This document shows, in pieces, positions 58,283 through 64,000 of a stretch of DNA of 64,000 bases. The stretch is from the NCBI GenBank assembly GCA_963833425.1, contig CAWHXP010000003.1, positions 560,182 through 624,181 on the forward strand. The letters run 5' to 3'. The position numbers were made by a program, and so were the translations under genes. Within the stretch, counting starts at the first letter, position 1, and every line of letters begins with the position of its first letter. The notes below the pieces were generated by a model. It saw only the letters and a program-made list of their open reading frames with translations, made no database searches and had not been told where the DNA came from. The DNA comes from an uncultured Methanosarcinaceae archaeon (GTDB taxonomy: Archaea; Halobacteriota; Methanosarcinia; Methanosarcinales; Methanosarcinaceae).

Positions 58283-59140
58283 GTGTTGCCTCTCATTGCG
58301 ATCGACGAGAGCAAGATCCGCCGCTCCATCCGTTCGGCGTTTGCTGCGCGCTCGCGTTCTTCGCCTGGGACTACGTGGGCATGAACATGGCGATGCGTCG
58401 CGGCTTCGACCGTGCCGATTTTCGTGTCTTCACCGTGCTCATCGGCATCTTCGGCTGGTCGTTCGCGTGGATTGTCGACCGCCTCTTCTCTATTCAGACC
58501 GACGACGGCGCTGTTCGTCGCTCCAGGGCTTGAGCTCCACGGCGCGATCTCGGCGCAACGATCGCGGCCGTGATTTGGTCGCGGTTCACACTGGCGAAGA
58601 CGGAGGGCGGCGCGATGCGTGTCGTGGCCGGCGTCCGAGCTTCGCGCTGCTCCCATCAGCGAAGTCATCTTGGCGACATGGCCCATGGCTTGGGCATCGG
58701 CCGGCTCGGCTGCGCGCTCGTTCATGATCACGTCGGGCGAGGCGCCGTCCCCGGCACGCTCGGATCGCTCGTGCGCCGATCGGATTTCCACGCGCCGCGG
58801 ACGACGGCATCGACCACATTCTACGGACCGCTTCACGTGATCACGGGCGGTAGCGATCTTCGCTTCGACCTCGGGCTCCTCGAATTCGTGTTTCTCGCCG
58901 TGCTGGCATCGGCGTTCGCGCTTCGTTGGAAAAAGCCGATGGCGCTCGGCTCGTACACGGTCACCTTCTGTCTGGCGTACGGCACGTTTCGCTTCGGACT
59001 CGATTTTCTGCGCGACGAGGTTCGCACGGCGGCCTCACGTTCGCGCAGTACTGGTCGCTCACCGTGGTTGCACTTGGAGTTTGCGGTCCGGCACCGCATG
59101 AGGAATCGGTCGATTGATGTCGCGCCGCGATGCGCGGTAA
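58283..59140 (+). CDS. lgt: prolipoprotein diacylglyceryl transferase family protein (frameshifted)
   Basis: LHPFG, GIGRLGCALVHDH.G, RFDLGLLE, YGTFRFGLDFLR, GLTFAQY. Confidence 0.75.
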
Positions 59141-59148
59141 CGTGAGGC

Positions 59149-59936
59149 ATGTCGAGAGGCTCGCTCTCCGTAGCCGCAGGCGTTCGCTCTGACTTCGGCG
59201 GTCTCGGCCACGAGCGCCGCCGCCGAACCGTGTCGATCGATCGGCCGATGACGCTTCATCGCCTCGTGTTCGCGGGCGACGTCGGCATGGGCGTGGGCCA
59301 CTACGTGGGTCAGAATCCGGCACCGGGCGTCACGGGCGGGGGCATGAACTTCGAGGCGGCGCTCGGGATAACCGATCGTCTGCGAGCTCGGTTTTCGTAC
59401 CGGCGTGCGGTTCGGCAACGACGGACGCCGCACGCACGGCGACGAGTGGGGCGCACCACGTGGACGGAGACCTACGGAACGGGCGGCGACACCGCGGCGC
59501 AATCCCCGAGCTCCGAATTCGCTGGGTCCGTACACCGGCAGCGTCGCCGAAGTCGGCCTCGACGGCCGCGCGTACCTCCCCGTCGAAACGAACACCAAGT
59601 TCGGAATGATGTTCGGCGTGCCCGATCGCGCTCCACGTGTCGGACATCCTCCGGATCGACACGGGCGTTTACGTTCCGGTCGTCTTCAACGATCCGACGT
59701 TCAGCGGCTTTTCGTTCCCGGCGTACTTCTCGGTTTCAGGCTTCGCCGAAACTCTGGCTCGGGCCGCTCTTCCGCCTGAGCTTCATCGATCCGGGCCGGG
59801 CGATTACCGCGCGCACCTGCTTCTCGGGTTCGGCATGGGTTATCAGGTGGCGAGCTCCGTCGACCTCAAGGCGATGTTCCTCGTGCCCAACGTCGACGAC
59901 AACGGCGGACGCGGCTACGGCGCGGGCTTTGCGTAA
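59149..59936 (+). CDS. hypothetical outer-membrane beta-barrel-like protein (frameshifted)
   Basis: Pieced across frames: DRPMTL..FAGDVGMGVGH, GGGMNFEAALGITD, TETYGTGGDT, LRIDTGVYVPVVF, LGFGMGYQV. Confidence 0.5.
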
Positions 59937-60030
59937 ATTCCGCCTCCGGCCAATAGTTCGGCGGGCTCGGTTTTCGGCTGCCCCGATACCGATTACGTTG
60001 TACGGCGTACGTCTTCCTGGAGACAACGCC

Positions 60031-60666
60031 ATGTTCAACGCCAACAAGTCCCGAATGCCTGCGCGCGGAGCGAGTCTGCCCGGCCGCGCCGAAAAGTGCC
60101 CGTCGCCGAGACCCACGCCGTGCTCGGCTCGAGCATGACGACGTTCCGCCGGGCGCGCGGATGGCGATCTTCGGGATGGGATGCTTCTGGGGAGTCGAAC
60201 GGAAGTTCTGGGGCGTGCCCGGCGTGCTCTCTACGCAGGTCGGTTACGCGGCAGGTCACACGCCGGACCCGACCTACCGCGAGGTCTGCTCCGGCATGAC
60301 GGGGCACAACGAGGTCGTTCGCGTCTTCTACGATCCGAAACTGGTCAGCTACGAGGATCTCCTCAAGGCGTTCTGGGAGAACCACGATCCGACTCAGGGC
60401 ATGCGCCAAGGCAACGACGCCGGCACGCAATACCGATCAGGCATTTACGTTTACGACGACGCGCAGCAAAAAAGCGGCGGAGGCGAGCAAGTCGGCCTAT
60501 CAGGAAAAGCTGCGCGCGGCGGGCTAGGCGCCATCACAGGACGGAGATCCTGCAGCGCCTGAGTTCGATTATGCCGAGGATTACCTCAGCAATACCTCCA
60601 CAAGAATCCGGATGATACTGCGGAATCGGTGGCACAGGCGTGAGCTGCCCGATCGGCGTCGTCTAG
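60031..60666 (+). CDS. msrA: peptide methionine sulfoxide reductase A (frameshifted)
   Basis: [45 protein letters not shown]-terminal GGTGVSCP. Confidence 0.93.
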
Positions 60667-60671
60667 GTTGA

Positions 60672-61727
60672 CTATCGAGAGTAGAACAGCTCGGCGAGTG
60701 GCGCGCCGGCGAGGGCCGAGTTGTCCGGTGGCAGGCCCATCACGAGACGAAGCGTCGGGGCGACGTCGGCGAGGCGGCGACCATAATCCGAGGTGGCGTC
60801 GCCGCGTGCTTGGAAGCGCGGCCCTGACGCTGCCATCCAAACGCGCGCCGACTCGGGCATACGACCGTGGTGTTCCTTGAAGTCGACGGCGCGCCCGTGG
60901 TACCTCCGTTGTGACGACGACGTGGGTTTGTCGCCCCCGCGGGCCGAAAGGCCGGTCGAGGAGCGAAAGCAGTCGGCCCAACGACGACGTCCGCCTGACG
61001 AATCGCCCCGATGTAACCGGGATAGTCGTCACGATGGGCGTATTCGTCCGGGTCACCGAGCCCGAGAAAGAAGACGTCCGGCTGCTCGGCCTCGTAATAC
61101 GCGAGCGCCGCGTCCGCCGTCGCGAGGCGATGGGACCATATCGGGTGCCCCGGCCAGGGATCGATCGCGGGTCGCCCCTCCCCGGTCAACACGAAGACAT
61201 GAATGCGCCCGGCGTCGCCGTGAGGGCAAGGTCGAGCTTCTCCCACGAGGCGAACGCCGCGACCCTCGCGCGGACACTCCGCGCTTCATCGAGCAGCGAC
61301 GGGAGCAACGTACGCGCGCATTCGTTGTCGGCGCAGCGCGGTGATCGACCGCCGAGAAGTTCGGTATATCCCGGGAGCCGATAGGAAGTTCGGCCCCGAT
61401 GCGGAGAGCACACCGCGCCCCGGGGCGCCGACGAAGGCCCCTCGACGTTTCTGAGAGAATGCAGATTGGGCAATAGCGCGCGTCCTGGAGATGCGCCGAG
61501 CTCATGCGTGTGGCATCGGCTTCCCAGGAGATGCCTGCCGCGCACCATCGTCCATGTGACGATGACGACAGGAGCATCGACGCCACGGTCACCTTCGACG
61601 TCACGGTTCTCTGCGGGAGCCGGTCTCAGGCTCTACCTCTCGGATCTCGACAGCCTGTCCGGTGTCCCGCACAGCTGCCGGTCGCCAGCGACAGCAGCGT
61701 GACCAGCACCGCTCGCGTCTTCGCCAT
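60672..61727 (-). CDS. alkaline-phosphatase-superfamily lipoprotein (frameshifted)
   Basis: Signal MAKTRAVLVTLLSLATGSC; PGYTELLGG, FASWEKL, FLGLGDPDEYAHRDDYPGY, RLADVAPTLR. Confidence 0.65.
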
Positions 61728-61948
61728 TGTGGAATACGATGCGATGAACATCGTGACGTTCCGGAGGACACCGAGAGACGTGTTGTCCAGCGTCGTGTCG
61801 AAACAGGCCGAGTGCGGATCACGATGATGCAAACGACGGCCCAGCTCCGGCGACGGCCGACGGCACGCACGCGCGCATGCACGAGCTCAGTTCCGCGTCA
61901 TGGAAAGCGCGCGTGCGCGATGACGAAATGGGGGCTGCGTGGCGCCAG

Positions 61949-62507
61949 TCACGTGAGGAGCATCTCGACCATCGAATGAGTGATTCCCAGGTAGCGGGTA
62001 ATTTTGCCCGGTTCGAGGATCGCGCAGCAGCTCGTAGCTCTGTCCGTCGTAATGAGCTACGAAGGAAGCTACGCGTCAGGGTGTTCGAACACTGCGCGGC
62101 GCACCCAGAGCGTGCCCGGCGACCTCTTCGGTCGCCACGACGTCCATCGTCACTGCCAACGGCGAACACGAACGGTGTGATCAGGAGATCAGACTTCTTC
62201 GTGCGGTGAAATGCCGACACGTCGGGCAGCCGGCCAAGCAGCCGCTCACGCGTGAGGTCGATCCCTACTTCCTCTCGCGTCTCACGGATCGCCGTCGCGA
62301 GGAGGTGGGCGTCAGATGGCTCGTAGCGGCCGCCCGGGAACGCAATGTGGCCGGACCACGGGTCTTTCGGATGCTCGGCGCGACGAATGAAGAAGAGCTC
62401 GGACCGTCCCAATCGGCAGTTTCGCGGAGAATCGCGGCGACGAGCGGTCACCAGCGCAGTGGGAGCGCGGCGCCATCGGTCGGGAGCACAGGGAACTGCG
62501 TCGTCAT
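61949..62507 (-). CDS. Nudix hydrolase, CoA pyrophosphatase type (frameshifted)
   Basis: FIRRAEHPKDPWSGHIAFPGGRYEPSD..LLATAIRETREEVG Nudix box. Confidence 0.85.
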
Positions 62508-62537
62508 CGCTGCAAGGCGCGAGGTACGGGTACCAGT

Positions 62538-63700
62538 CTAGAACGCGGTCTTGAAAGACTGCATCGCGACGCTCGAAAAGCCCTCGTAAAGCGCGATGCG
62601 TCATCGCATCGTTCAATTTGGGCACGCTGATCAAGCGTGCACTGACGAGCTTCCACGGAGACGCGGCGCCGATGGCATCCAGAATGACAGCGATCTGCGC
62701 CGTCGGTATTTTGGCGTTTGTCTTGCGGCAGGCCTCCGAAGCTCTGGATGAAGCCGAGGGCCCTCGCGTACGACGTGAGCGCGCCCGGGCCATCGGCCGC
62801 TGTCGCGGCGAGGGCCGCCGCGTTCAAATCGTGAATGACGACGGCAAACGCGATCTTTTCCCACTCGGTGAGATATAAGCGGACCGCCGCATCGCGATCC
62901 GATTTGCAGGCATCGCCGCCCGCCGTCGCTCCCTTCATCGCAAAAGCACCGCCTTCATCGTCCGATCAAAGCCAGCCGCGCCCGCCGTGTCGAACTTCGA
63001 GGCGAAGGCCGCCATCCGCTGATCGGCATCGGCCCCGGCGTCGGCGTCGGTCCGATTGAGAGCGCCGGCGTCGCGCCGAACGCCACGAGCAGGCGATCGA
63101 CGGACGAAGGGGTCATCGGAGCGGCAGGTCACCCCGAGCACGTCGTTGAGGAGCGCCCCTGAAGAGCGCCGCGCCGAGGTTCTCTCGAAACTCGACGCCA
63201 ATGGCGGAGACGTACCCGGCGCCGTACGTGCCCCCCGTCGCTGCGCCGCCGTCGGTGTCGGCGTCGTCGGGCGTCCATGCCTTGCCGACCGAAGCGGAGA
63301 GCGCGTCGAACGACCCGTCCGCAAGCGTCTGCATCGATGCCGTCGACACGGCCCGAAGGCTCGGCGCGCCGCTGCTGAAGATCGCGCCGAAGTCGGCGGA
63401 GGTAACCGCGCCCGCATCGGCACTGGGCAGCGCCTATCTTCGGCAAGGAGCTGTCGTATTGCGCGGCGAGCGCAAGCTTGACGGCATCGTCTGTCGCCAC
63501 GTCTGCTGGCACCGCCGCCGGGTATGGCGTGCGCCGCAGAGAGGCCACCGGAGCTCCCGTCGCCCGAGCATCGCATCGCTTTCGAGCGCCGACCCGGCAT
63601 CGAGCCTCTGACGCACGGTGGCAGTGTCGTCTCCGCAGGCGATGACGGTGAGCAGGGCCCCGAAAGGCAGGGCAAAGACGGACGCGCGAACCGACATCAT
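62538..63700 (-). CDS. hypothetical lipoprotein (frameshifted)
   Basis: Lipobox LLTVIAC-GDD; Ala-rich fragments across several frames ending ...MQSFKTAF*. Confidence 0.55.
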
Positions 63701-64000
63701 TGAGCGGGCTCCAGGCGGCAAAATCATCGACGATGACTTCGTCACCCACGGTTTTTCGGTAGATCCAGCAAAATCGTCAACTTCTCCGTCATGGTATCGC
63801 TCGTCGACATCGCCGCTCGGTATAGCGACCTGATATCCTCCGCACCGCTGCGCAAATGCCCATGAGAACTTTTCTCTTTTTCGCCTACGCCGATGAAAAA
63901 GGCCCTCGCGCGCGCCCTACTTGGCGTCGGTGTGCTCACGGTGTCGGGCGCAGCCCAGTGCTGCACCTGGACAAGGCGGCGGCGAAAGACGCCTACGTAT

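Noticed and set aside
56921..63966. Many long overlapping Arg/Ala/Pro-rich ORFs
   Set aside because: Expected from stop-codon scarcity at high GC plus frameshift errors; not evidence of overlapping genes or a novel system

Overview
The window has two parts. Bases 1 to ~57,010 are AT-rich archaeal chromosome, and the gene content points to Methanosarcina. Intact genes there include a 5-oxoprolinase/hydantoinase (5' part), adenine deaminase, Nre, aIF1, an HTH regulator, a NitT/TauT ABC permease and ATPase, aroA, toprim, DUF167, DUF356, phoU, polB, a TlyA-like methyltransferase, a YVTN propeller protein, kdpABC and UspA. Between them lie many pseudogenes, IS remnants and at least five families of MITE-like repeats. 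At ~57,010, inside a decayed NRAMP gene, the sequence switches abruptly to very GC-rich DNA resembling myxobacteria (Ser/Thr kinase, lgt, msrA, alkaline-phosphatase-like protein, Nudix, lipoprotein). Every gene there is frameshifted, so this tail is most likely a chimeric, error-rich assembly join and not real biology. The most unusual native structure is at the kdp locus. An inverted partial kdpA copy shares a 160-bp near-identical tract with kdpA, and the two bracket the putative kdp promoter. A probable kdpD has been reduced to a stump, and paired palindromes follow a TATA-like box. I saw no rRNA, tRNA, CRISPR array or clearly novel multi-gene system. All family calls are by motif recognition only, without database searches.
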